Source of the DNA: Oculina patagonica
Taxonomy: Eukaryota
Length of the DNA stretch: 64,000 nt
Assembly: GCF_052425735.1 (NCBI RefSeq)
Contig: NC_135761.1
Span: 20,274,001 to 20,338,000 of the forward strand
Direction: 5' to 3'
Shown here: piece by piece, positions 37,101 through 49,100 of the stretch
Layout of the letters: each line of letters opens with the position of its first letter
Position numbering within the stretch: the first letter of the stretch is position 1
The notes under the pieces: model-generated
What the model was told of the DNA's origin: nothing
What the model saw: only the letters and a program-made list of their open reading frames with translations
Database searches by the model: none
Program-made: the position numbers and the translations under genes

Positions 37101-40100
37101 ATCACAGCGTGCTGTAATCACAACATTACAGGATAATATCCTAGCATTCCGCTGAAGTAATTACAGTTGATGCCGCTTGACTGATCCCCTCATGATTTTC
37201 GTTTGTTTTTTTTACAGGTTCTGGCCCTGTAAAAGTGCCCGTTAATTTTTAGGTTTTCAGATCTTCAGAATATATAAGTTCTGTGAAAAGCTCCAAAACA
37301 AAATTATTTTTCACAGGTTTTCTTATGTAGGAACTGCATTCACATGTTTTTTCACAGGTTTTGACCCTGTGAAACGTTCCCTGTTCACAGGTTTTGAGAT
37401 TTTAGACCCTGTGAAAAACCCTGTGAAAAAGCTCCCCAAACGCTATTCTTTTTCACAGGGTTTTTCATAGGTTTTTTCACAGGTTGTATTTCACAGGGTT
37501 TTTCATAGGTTTTTTCACAGGTTTTGACCCTCTGAAACGTTCCCTGTTCACAGGTTTTCAAAATTTCACACCCTGTGAAAAACCTGTGAAAAACCTGTGA
37601 AGAAACATGTGAAAACTTGTAGTTCACAGGTTTCTTCACAGGGTAATTCACAGGTTTTTCACAGGTTTTTCACAGGTTCTCATCCAATAGTGATAATGTA
37701 AGATCTGAACCTACTTTAACTGGTTTTAAAAGACTCCTTAAAGGAATCTCCTTTCAGGCATAATGGTATATCTTAACATTTTTTTTTTCATCTAAATATA
37801 TGTAAATAGATTTTAAATGTATGTTTCTCGAAGATATTAGCATTTTTCAGGCTACTCTAAAATTCGAGTTTAAATAAAGTTCATGTTATGTTATGTTATC
37901 TCACACTAACCTGAAATTGTGCTACTGTCTCAATGTTGATCTGAGTACCATCCCACGTGTCTCCCGTGTCAGCATTGTGTTGCCACATAACTTGTTCCGC
38001 GGATCCCACCTTGCCGTAGACCTTCAGACTTCCCATTTGTGAACCGTGCATGTTGAACCTAAAAGCTAGGCACGTGGTACCAGTCACGAACGGAGAGAGC
38101 AGGCGGGCCCGGTCACCAGGCACCCGAGGATTGGAAGCCTCGGCATAAATGTAATAACCTGGATGCGGTAAAGAAGTAAAACTTATTATCAGTGTGCACA
38201 GAAGCATATCACCTGGTGATATGCTTCTGGTGTGCATCAAAATCGATCTCTTAGCAAGTGTTTAGAAATTATGGCTTCGTTTAGTTTCTTTTGCAAATGT
38301 TGTTTGGGCTGGTCACGCAACGCTTCCTCCCCATTTCCTCCTCACTCCTTCTCCCCTCAGGGAGAGGCGTTGCGTGACGACCAAACTATCGACTGCGAAG
38401 GAGACACCACACATTGGTCACGCCTGGAATTCCTCAATGATTCCTGTTATTGCAGTACCCACGTCACCAAGACCTCATGCTCATGTGTTTTCGGCCAATA
38501 TAAAGCTTAAAATATTTGTGCTAGAATGCGTTTGGGGGAGTTTCTTAATGGAAAGTTGAGATTTTCAGTAGTTGTGGGCAAGGGGGGGGGGGGGGGGGCG
38601 AATTTAGCAAGAAATTTTCTGTCGGAAAAGAAATGCCTTTCACTTTGTATTTGACGCCGGAAGTCTGGGTCGAACCTCATAACGAGGCAAGTTCGTACCC
38701 AGTTCCGCACGGGAAATGGTGGTAAATTCAAAATGGCTTCCAAGCTTACCAGGAAGTTCCAGAAGTTCTCTGCTTTTCAGCGACGTTTTCGGCCTTATTT
38801 GTCACACAGGATGTAGAAAGTGAATGGTAAGTGTTTACTTAAACCAGCAATTTAGATGTTTGTAACTGATTTACACCAAAACAATTATAGATTTGCAAAG
38901 AATAAGGTGGCTCGTACCGGTTTTTCTTGCGTGGGAAGTCTGGTGACTAGCGCGCGCGTCACGCTTCACGCCCACGAGTCACGCGCGAGATTTGAACAGG
39001 AAAACAAACATGGCGGCCGAGTGCGAGGTTGCTTTTCTTCATTTTAAGAAAAAATTCCGCGTTCAACTGAAGTTTTTTCAACAAGAACATCTTAAGTCAA
39101 CTTAATGTTCGACAGTCAAAATGTTTTCGGATCTCGCTGCTCGAGTTACAAAAGAAAATTCGCATGTGCTACGATCGATCTTGTCGGAAATCGTGACTCA
39201 ATTCCACTTTTTTCGTTTCAGCTTATTTGAGTTCGCTTTCAAACACATGATTATTCAGACAAAGAAATACTAAAAAGTAAGACCTAAGAGGCACAACTGG
39301 CGCCAACTGAAACTGGCTAAATCCCATGAAATCCTGAGCCGAAAAATTTCGCAGACAAGGCGAGGGGAAGTCCACGCGTGTTGCGCGCGTATGTGCCCGC
39401 AAAGATCAGCGGTAGTCAGAACTGAGCATGAGTAAATACCAAACTTTTAAAATCGAAATTTTAAAGTGCGCGGAAACGCGCGTGGGAATTATTGAGTTCG
39501 CGAAGGCTTTAGCAAGAAAACTAACCCGATTACCCCTATTTTTTATTGCCCTAATATTTTCCTTTTATGTAAAGGAAACGCCAGAAAAAATCTAAAAAGA
39601 TTCTACGAAAGGAATTTTTAATTACTTACAAATTGCTCTTTTTTGCATTTGCAAAAAATCCGCTTCGTAGAATTTTTTTTAAATAATTATACAGTTCCTT
39701 TTTCATATGCTTAAAGTTATCACGAGAAAAAAAATGGGGGTCATCGAGTTAGTTTTCAAGATATAAGCACTGGAAGCTGAAAAAGGGTCCAAAAAATCAT
39801 TGCCTACCATTGCCATGGTAACCACTGATGACGTAATTATTGGTATTTTGGATCAACAACACAATGGGTAATTTAATTATAAAAAAATTTTGTTACGATC
39901 TTTAATTATTTTTTTGGCCATTTTCTTCCAAACGTCGCACAGTCAAAAACCTGAAAACTGGTACGAGCCACCGTGTTTCGATTTAATAGTTAGGTATTTG
40001 ATCGATTAGTTATTTGAAAGCTTTATAATATAATGAAGTTTTGAAGTTCATCTGAAAAGTAGATGTTCGAGAGCATGGACGGCAGTATTCCGACACTCAA

Positions 40101-43100
40101 CTGACATGACTTGACAGACATGATTCGATTTACTTCAGTTACGTTGTGTAAACGTCTCACTCGTCTCCGCATTTATATCATATGCGAAGTAACAAACAAG
40201 CTTGCTATTGAAAGCTGCAACATGCGTTATGATCAGTTATATAAAACGCCAACTCGAGTGAACTACCGGTATATCGATTTCTCACAATGATTACACATTG
40301 AAACATGACTGTTTTACTTTTCACTCCCCGGGGGGAGGGGGGTACTCAAAAAAGTTTTGTACGGGGAGGCTCCGCCCGGAGATCCAACCCCTTACCCTTT
40401 TATATACCATTTTGATAGAAAAAGGTACCCCTTTTGTATACCTTTTATTGCAAAAAGGCACCCCTTTCATATACCTACACGACATCACATTTACCTAAAA
40501 CGGGAAGTTTTCTTGTTATTTTTATGTAGCGCTTAATAAATTAAAACGATACAGCCAAAAGTTGCGTCTGCTCGAAATATATGATATAAAGGCCTTTTAA
40601 AATAACATCATGGCAGATTTCCCTACCCTTTCATATACCTAAACTTGTACCCCTTTCGGGCGGAGCCTCCCCGTATTTTATAGGGAGTACCCCCCCCCCC
40701 CCTGTTTCACTTCTTGTTCACCGTCTCACTTTATAGTAAAAGCCACTGGATTACTCAGTGTGATACAAATATGAGATACACGCAAAGGCCGGTCGCAAAG
40801 GAGTCACAGTGAGAATGGAACAATACAAATACTATAAAATATGATAGCGCGTCCAGAAAGATTACCACCAAAGATTTTTCAACGGAGAAATAATGATTAC
40901 CCTTGAACCATTTTTTAAATGAATGAAGTGATCCTTGCAGCGTGCTGAAAGACTTTATGTAATCGCGTTCAAATTTCAACCGGTGCTGAAAGTGAGCTTA
41001 CGGATGAGCATTGATGGTTTTTAACGAAAGAAAATGGCTGCCCGATTAGTTTTCAGTTTTAAAAGTGTTCAACCAAGGCTGAAATTCGCCATATAATCGC
41101 AACAAAATTCTAGCCCGGCAAATCGAGCTGAAATTTAAGCCCGAGCTGAAATTCGCCATGTACTCAGGACCTAAGCCGTCGCATATTTTAGCCTGAAAAA
41201 ATCAAAGCTACAACGGGATTTAAACCCATTATTTTGAATCATTTTTCTTACCAATTCTCGAGAAGTCAGCCGTGGGTCCTGTACTGGGGGTGCTACTTGT
41301 GGTCCCCTTGTTTAGAGACCAGTCGAAATCATCACTGTTGTCTTGAGTAAAGCCACACAACGAGTTTCCGTCAAAGTTGCAATACACTGAAACGTAAAAG
41401 TAAGTACCTATGAGCCCGCGTGTCCGCATGTCATGTGTTCGATCGAGGAAAAAAATCATAAACCTACCCCAAAGGCAAAGTTTCTCAAGAGTCTTCGATT
41501 TTTCCGCTGTCTTGTAATTAAAAAAAGCTCATTGTTACCCCCACCCCGCTATTGTCTCCGTTACTGGATCCCCTTTCTTGCTGGTGACTTTGTGCAACAG
41601 AGCTTCGCGCAAACGGCTGCGTTATCCTTGTAATCAAAAGGTGGTAGTTTTTTTCTTAATCCCATTTACAATGTGATGCAAAGAAAAGCGACGTGATGTT
41701 ATTGTCGTGTTGGTAACCATAACGTCATCATTTAGTGAACACTGATTCTCGAAACGTTTCTGGAATATTCATTGTCAAAACCTCCCCACCCTACCACAGA
41801 ACGTACCTTGCTTGGCTGCTGGAGTAGGAGGAGGAGGAGGAGGAGGGGGAGTGGTGACCACAAATTGGTTACAGTCTCCTGGTGTTAATTTGATTTCGTC
41901 CAGCGCGATATCTCCAGTGTATCCCAGGCCTCTCTCAGCTTCAAATACGATCTGAGATGATAATGTTATGTAAACAAGGCATAAGATAAGAAACTACAAG
42001 AGATGCAGTAAATCGACGTTGGATAGAAAAGAAAAAAAAGAAAGCATAAATTATACCCTTAAAAAATAAAGTAAAACAATGACGGTCAGTTGTTAAACAG
42101 GAACTAAACAAATTACAGCAGACTTATGGTTTATTTTAAAAATGTCTCGTAAAATTGCAAAAATACAAGTTTGAACTCTATTCCACCTATACTTCTCTTA
42201 AAATAATTAACAGATGCACTTATAATAAATTGCTATGCAGAACAAACCTTACCAAACTAGCGTACATTGTACAATTTGACACTAGGTATTCTGAACTAAA
42301 TAATGACCCAAAAACGTGCATTTTCATTGTGGCAAACTAATGCATGTCTTTTGGGGAAAATAAAAGATATTATAGCAATTAGGAGTAAGAGAGAGCAACC
42401 ATCTGGTTCAAACCCAAATGGGGGCGCAACTCCACCGGGGGGGGGGGGGACTCCCATATCGAAGGGACGGGAACGTTCGTCGGAAAATTTGAATCAAGCC
42501 CCTAAAGACAACCAATCTGGTCGTGTCTCAAGCTTTGGACCGCAACTATTTCCGAGCTTGTTGAAGATCTAAAGTTTAATTTAGCCATTATTTTGATCCC
42601 TGTTATAGTATTTAAAGAAATCCCTCTTTTGCATAGTTCACCTGGTAAGGTTGAACGCCACGAATAGCAGCTTTGGCAGTAAACCATGTATTTCCTTGGT
42701 TACCGCTGTACGATCCTAGCAACGTCGCTTGTGAGCCCACAAGCACATAAATTCGTAACGTTCCCATATCAGCACCGTACATGTGAAAGTAGAACTGAAG
42801 ACAGTAGTCACCAGTCAGTGTGGGCGAGAAGAGATGCGCGCGATCCTTGAATTGACGCGGAAATGACGCTTCAGCGTAGATGTAGTAACCTGAATGGTGC
42901 ACAAAAGACAGAATTGCAGGGGCTATGTCACGGGATTTAAGGTAATTTTATTTATTTTCTTTATTTAAGAGCTCTAAACTTCAAATTGGCAGAGCAAAAG
43001 TCTTTTATTGGCAAAATCACGGCCACATGACAAACAAGAATGATTTTCGAGCACTGTAAATGGCACTTTCATACAAATTGAGAAAAACTTGAAATATGTC

Positions 43101-46100
43101 GGGCCGACGTTTTTCAAGTTTACCCGAACGCAATCTGTTTTAATCTTCGCGAATTTTGCCCACCCATACCCCTTTTTGGCCTTTCTGTGTTTCTTTTTCC
43201 TGTTTTAAGCCGTTTTTGTGATATTTCAGTTAATTCAATGACCATTTGGTCAGTGCCGAAATTGCCTAAAATTGCGTGACATAGCCCCTTTAAAAACATG
43301 AGCCACCTTTGTTGGTCGCGGGCTTTTTACAGTCCACCGCCAGCGAGGGACTAAAAATTTCATACTGATAACGTGGCACTACAGAGATTCGGGCAGTGTC
43401 GCTGATTCTTTGTTACGCGCACGTGAATTTCGCACCTGGTCAACAATCAACTGGAGAGCTACGTCACCAGCATGAAGTTTTGAAGCAAAATCTTAGATGC
43501 CCCTCGGAACGGACAGGAAATAAGCGCGCCGGGCAATTCGAACAACTTTTCCTCAGAATATTTTTTTTACGCAATAAGTTTCTTAATGTATCACAAACAG
43601 TCAGAATAATCAATTTTCACAAGGGAAGATTTTCGTTTTCATTAAGGTGCAGTCAAACAGAAGAAAAGCAATTCAGGGCATAAGCCGTAACACTTTTGAA
43701 AATTCCTCAAACGGTGTTGTACATATACAAACAATAAAAGAACTAAAATCCGTTTAGCTCATGTTTTGTTGACAATAGAATGTTTGAAAACTAATTTTAA
43801 CCGGAGGTAAACTTCTATTAACGTGAACGTTATTATTGCTGTGCAATATTGGCCCAGCTGACTGATGTCTCTCATTATTGTATTAAATTTACTACTGAAC
43901 AGGTTTATCGTACAAGAGATTCTTCCAATCGCTGACCTGTGTTGGAGACATCATTACTTGGCCCAGTGTCCGGCGCGCTTGATGTGGTTCCCTTGTTGAA
44001 CAGCCAGTCGAACTCGTCACCAGTTCCCTGAGTGAATTGACACAAAGACTGGGCATCGAAGTTGCAGTACACTAGGAAATGACGAAGGCCTAAGGTCAGT
44101 TTCAGAATTTTCATGTCTGGGTTTTTTCTGTGACCTTACCTTCCGCCCTTCCTCAGATCCCCAATTTTCCATATCAATGTTGTTAATGTCTTAATCTAAA
44201 CTTTAGCCTCCACATTACTTCCGAGAACATGACTCACCAAAAAAACAAAACTTTATCCCTCTCCCCCTCCCTCCAAAAAAAGAAACCCAACTGTAATCGC
44301 CAATTTAAAACCACTAAAGTTCTTCGCACCGCCCCCGGGTGGTTACACTTTTGGGTGTTTTGCATCATATGGCTGATGTAACAAATCTTCTGCAATGACC
44401 GTCGAAAACAGTCCCCCATTCGAGCTTTCGCATTTTCAATGTCAAACTTCGACTAATTCGACATCAAAAAATGTTCTCTTAATTGTTAGCATGAGTGATG
44501 TAATGAAGAACGCCTCCTCACCTTCACCGCTACTAGGTGGGATGGGCGTAGTAATTGGTCCGACCGGGATCGGTGTGGTGACTGGCGGAGCAGGGGTTGT
44601 TGTCGGGTCTTCACATTTCCCTGGGGTTAGTTTAATTTCGTCCAACGCGATATCACTTTGATAACCACTTCCGCGAGTAGCCTCAAATTCAATCTAGCAA
44701 TGAGATATACTATTAGAAAATTGATGTAGTTTGTACTCTTAGCGTTTGGTCTACTAACGTTTTAATCCATGTCATTAAGTACAAAATCTGTCACACCTAT
44801 GAAGGCATTTTACAATTTCAACTACGTCTCTTACTACACGCTTAGCAAATGTGTCTCCACGACACAATTTTCCTTTGCGAGGCCAAGGCCATGCGCTTAT
44901 CCATATATATTTACATATAGAAAATACAGATTGGTTGTTTGGTTCTTTTTTTTTTTTTAAAGTGCACTTAAAAAGTAAATTTCTTTAACTTGTTTCACCT
45001 AGAAACATGTGCCTCCCTTGTTGAATAGCCAGTTGAAATATGTCGGTTAGTTTTTTAAAACCAAATTAAGCCAGAGCAGATTATTAGTAGCGGCTCCAAT
45101 TTCAGTTTTATACGTTGTTCTTTACCGAAACTTAGAAGAAAAAATCGTTGTTGAACAAGAGGAATAAACTTTTTTTTCCAATCCGTGAGCTTTTAACAAC
45201 TGGTAACCTGCAAACAAGCTCTTCTTTGTGTTTCACTGACAAAAAAAAGGGAAGAAGGGCCTCGCTGTAGGTTACACAATTAGTGCCCGGTCACTTAACC
45301 GTTTGTTGCTCCCCCTTTAGAGACCGTTGGCCCTTATTGCCGTTGCGTCGCATTTTATCTGCTACTTATCGGAGGCTGGATTTCCTGCCGATAAATATGC
45401 TTGTTTGTCAACTCAACCGAATAAACGTTTTGTCATCACATTTTTTCTAAACATTTTGTGATCACCTGAAACTGCTCTGGACCTGTAAGTGACGTCTGCG
45501 CCATATACCACCGGTCTCCTTGGTTACCGTTGATAGAAAATACCTCGGTTCTGCTCGAAGCTGTATTCTTGTGCGCCTTTAGAGAGCCCATGGACGTGCC
45601 AAGCATGTGAAAATGAAAACGAAGGCAGTAAGGTCCCGTCAGCCGGGGTGACATCAAAACGGCCCTATCACCTTGTACACGTGGCCTAGATGTTTCCGCG
45701 TAAACGTACAAACCTGTGAAAATAACGAAATGGTTGTTTATTTCATTGTTAAGTTATTTTTTGTAAAAAAATCCTCTAAGTTGTCGTGATGGACCAGGTA
45801 GTCACTGACTCAGTGAGTGATGTTTATATGTCACACCAATCAGATTGGGGCTAGGAGGTATTCACCTATTAGCTAGCCTGCGAAAACAGCCGCCTCTCAC
45901 GCTCCGATCCGCTGTTTTCGCAGGCTACCTATTAGCCTTATTTCGCCATTCCCAGGATGTGCACTTTATGTAGATTACCGCGAGGAGTTTGTGTGTGAAT
46001 TTGAAGCCGAAAAGCGTTCTGAATTCGTCATACTGGCGTAAGATCGTAGTCTTTGACATATACCAGCATCTGATCAAGGCTCTGGTGTTTTTGGCGTGGA

Positions 46101-49100
46101 ACACATGTTGTAACGCGCTTTATTCGGTGATTAGAAGACTTAAGGTGTCCATTCTTTGACAGGACAGACAGGATCGCGTGTTACAGCTAAGGTGTAAGGT
46201 AATTTAGGGTTAATGCAGAACAAGTGCCAACTTGCGATCCAGCTTTACGATTTATCAATAATGATTTCTTTCATGTGCTTTTGTCAAACATTAGAGTCCT
46301 TCACATAATACTTACAATTTGAGCAGAAATACTTGCTTTTGTAGACCTTGGTTAACAATTAATTTCGAAAATAATAACGGGACCTGTTTTTTACACTTTT
46401 GGGTTCCCTCTAGTTAATGATTTTAATTTATTCTCATTATCTGTCTGTTTGAGAACAGATTAACAGTGTAAAGAAAAATCGATGTTGATCACCTTTTCCA
46501 GACATATCTGTTCTCGGCCCAGTCCCTCCGCTTGAGGTGGGGCCTTGGTGGACGGTCCAGTCAAAGTCGTCTCCAGTACCTTGATAGAACTCGCACAGTG
46601 AACCGGTGTCAAAACTGCAATACACTGTCGAAAGTGAAAGTGTCAGCAATGCACTTAAAACACGTTAAGATTAATGTAACTGGCTCTTTGCTGGTGTGAA
46701 ACGCGTTATTAAAAATACAGGATATTTTTTGCAGGATATTTCAGATATTACAAGTACTTTTGCACTGAAATATCGCAGCGTGTGTTTTGAGCCAAGGTGA
46801 CCGAGCAAACAGGCGCATTCAAATTCTAAAGTACTGAGTGACTGATAATCTCACTATTCCGCCTGTATTGAGACAACGAAAACGAATACAATTGTGAAAT
46901 TTACCAACAATAAAATTGTGCGAGCGTCAACTAGTGCTATTTTGGCAGAAAAAAAAAACGTGGTAACCATCTTCGTTTTACACTTTAAAAGTAGAGTGCT
47001 TTGCAGAGTGCTGGAGTAATGGCCAGCTAACCATCTTTCACAGCTCGGATCTTTAGAACCGGAATCCAGTGCACTAACCACTAACTCACAATTCACAAAT
47101 GAATCAAAATTACTCACCCACAGAATTTTCATCTGGTCCAGGTACAACCGGCTCTAGAAAGAAACCAGTAATTTTTGTTAGTTTTGTTTCAGCTTTATAG
47201 TAATCTCTGTAACTTTGGTGCAGCCTAGCCAAGTTATCTACACCGCCGGAGTTATTCGTGACATAACTGTTACTAGAGCAGTTTTCAATTGAGTGTCGTA
47301 ACACCAAAACCAAAGTAATTACTCTGGCCAATCAGAAACGACATTGACAATCCAGTGAACCAATCAAAACTCGAAGCAAAAACATGAAGCTGACGCGAAG
47401 CGCGGGAAAACGTGCGCGAGCGAGTCACGATTGGTTTTGGTTTTAGTTCTGATTGGTCGAGAAAGTGGCGCGAGATTTTTAAACCAATCACTGAGCGTAG
47501 CAATGCAAAACCAAAGCAAACGCAATTTACTTTCGACACTCAAGTGAAAACCGCTCTATTTCCTTTGGATGGGATGGCAGTCCAACGCAGGTTTTCACCA
47601 AGCATTTTGTCTGTAGAGGATTTTTTTTCGCGCACGTTGAATACTTCAGCGGCCGAAGGCTGTCGCCATAAACCGCGCAAGAAAAACCTCTGGCACCCAG
47701 GGTATAGCTGGTACACATTTATACACTTGAGTGGAGAGAGGCACTGCCAGAATAAAGTTGTTTGCCCAACAACATAACACAATGGCAAGGCCAGGGCTCT
47801 AACCCGGACCACTTTATCCAGCATCTAATCATAGTTAATATAGGGAAATGGTTAGGAAGCCCGGCAAACATCAAAGGAGCAAACAAAGAGGCCAAGATTT
47901 ATGTTGGAAGGTCCACGACCCTGCACATCTTTTGTTTTGCGCTCATACACTATGCATGAATTACGTAATCGCAATGTTTTTATTGGTTAGTTACATGAAC
48001 ACACGTAACCACCTATTGTATTTTGTCAGGTTTTGTGTAGGGTCAACCCACAAAATAGCGAACAAAAACATACAACAAAGAACTTTGTCGGGATTCCTAA
48101 CCATTTCCCTCTATTAACTATGATCTAATTCATTAACCATTTGATAACCGCGCCTTCCGCCATCTGTTTCAGTCTTAGTCACAAAGATAAGTATGTCTTG
48201 GTACCTGGAATCTGTCTGCAATGGACAAGTATCCCATCCGGGAGGGAGTAGAAATACTCCTAGGTACTTTCATGCTACTGAAACCGGGATAAACTCCGGC
48301 CTGATGGAAGACTAAACCTAACCTACCTACCTGGTATCTGTGCTGCTTATAGGTAAATTTCAATAAATCTTTATTTTCTCTTTTCCTCAAGTTTCAAATC
48401 CTCTAATCCCTCATCCTGTTCGTTCTTCATAAGCATCTTAAAAAGTATCAAAAAGTTCTCAAGAAAATGTTGCTGGACGTTCTACTACAAACCACTGACG
48501 ACATTTTAAGTTTGGGTAAAACCTCAGGAGAAAACGGCAGACAAGTGCTAAAACGTATGATAAACGTTGATCTGCATGTCGCAAAGTTCACATATCGGCA
48601 TGCATAAATAATCGTGTTATATTTTTCAACTACCGCCTAGCCGGAGCGAGGCGTGGAAACGAGAATTAGGTGTTAGTAAAAATTTAAATAAGGACGCTAT
48701 CAGTTGCAATGGTCGCTATTAGGAGCAACGGACGCTATCAGTAGCAAAGGACGCTTTTCACTAGAAGCTACTAGAAGTTCGAACTAAAGGGATTTTATTG
48801 AACCAGAAAACACAAATTGTAAGTACATTTGTTTCGAATTCACGTTTATAAGAAAGCTTGTACAAACAGTGACTTGCGTATTTCGAATATAGTAATTGCA
48901 GTTGACTATGACTTCGATTCACTACTATGGATCAAGTGTAGTGCAAATAAAATTCAGAGTTCTTTAAATCCCTGGTGTATCTTCAATAAAAGTACAGACG
49001 AGAGCGCGAAACAAACGTTATATTCAGGTATAAGCCCCCCAGCCCTCACCCCCCAAGTATAACTTACTTGTCGGACACTTGTACAACTTGTTTATCTGGC

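Larger units (their letters stand above)
30892..37693. mobile_element. 6.8-kb CACTA/CMC-like DNA transposon, apparently non-autonomous, with degraded internal genes
   Basis: 47-bp perfect TIR TCACTATTGGATGAGAACCTGTGAAAAACCTGTGAAAAACCTGTGAA; 4-bp TSD TAAT (30888-30891, 37694-37697); dense CCTGTGAAAAA subterminal arrays at about 30910-31185 and 37210-37680. Confidence 0.88.
30817..37899 (+). mobile_element. 5'-truncated CR1/L2-type LINE 3' end, split by a DNA transposon (LINE parts about 30817-30891 and 37698-37899)
   Basis: Joining the flanks gives [45 protein letters not shown], the typical WNSLP...FK..LK end of a CR1/L2 ORF2, followed by AATAAA (37873-37878) and an (ATGTT)n tail. Confidence 0.8.

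Noticed and set aside
37385-37651. 88-aa ORF rich in KPVK/TCEK
   Set aside because: A translation of the transposon subterminal repeats.
38750-38770. GGAAGTTCCAGAAGTTC as an HSE
   Set aside because: GAA-TTC spacing is 1 nt, so only two units are in register.
41757-41771. Single perfect HSE in a protease intron
   Set aside because: About one such site is expected by chance in a window this size, and there is no promoter context.
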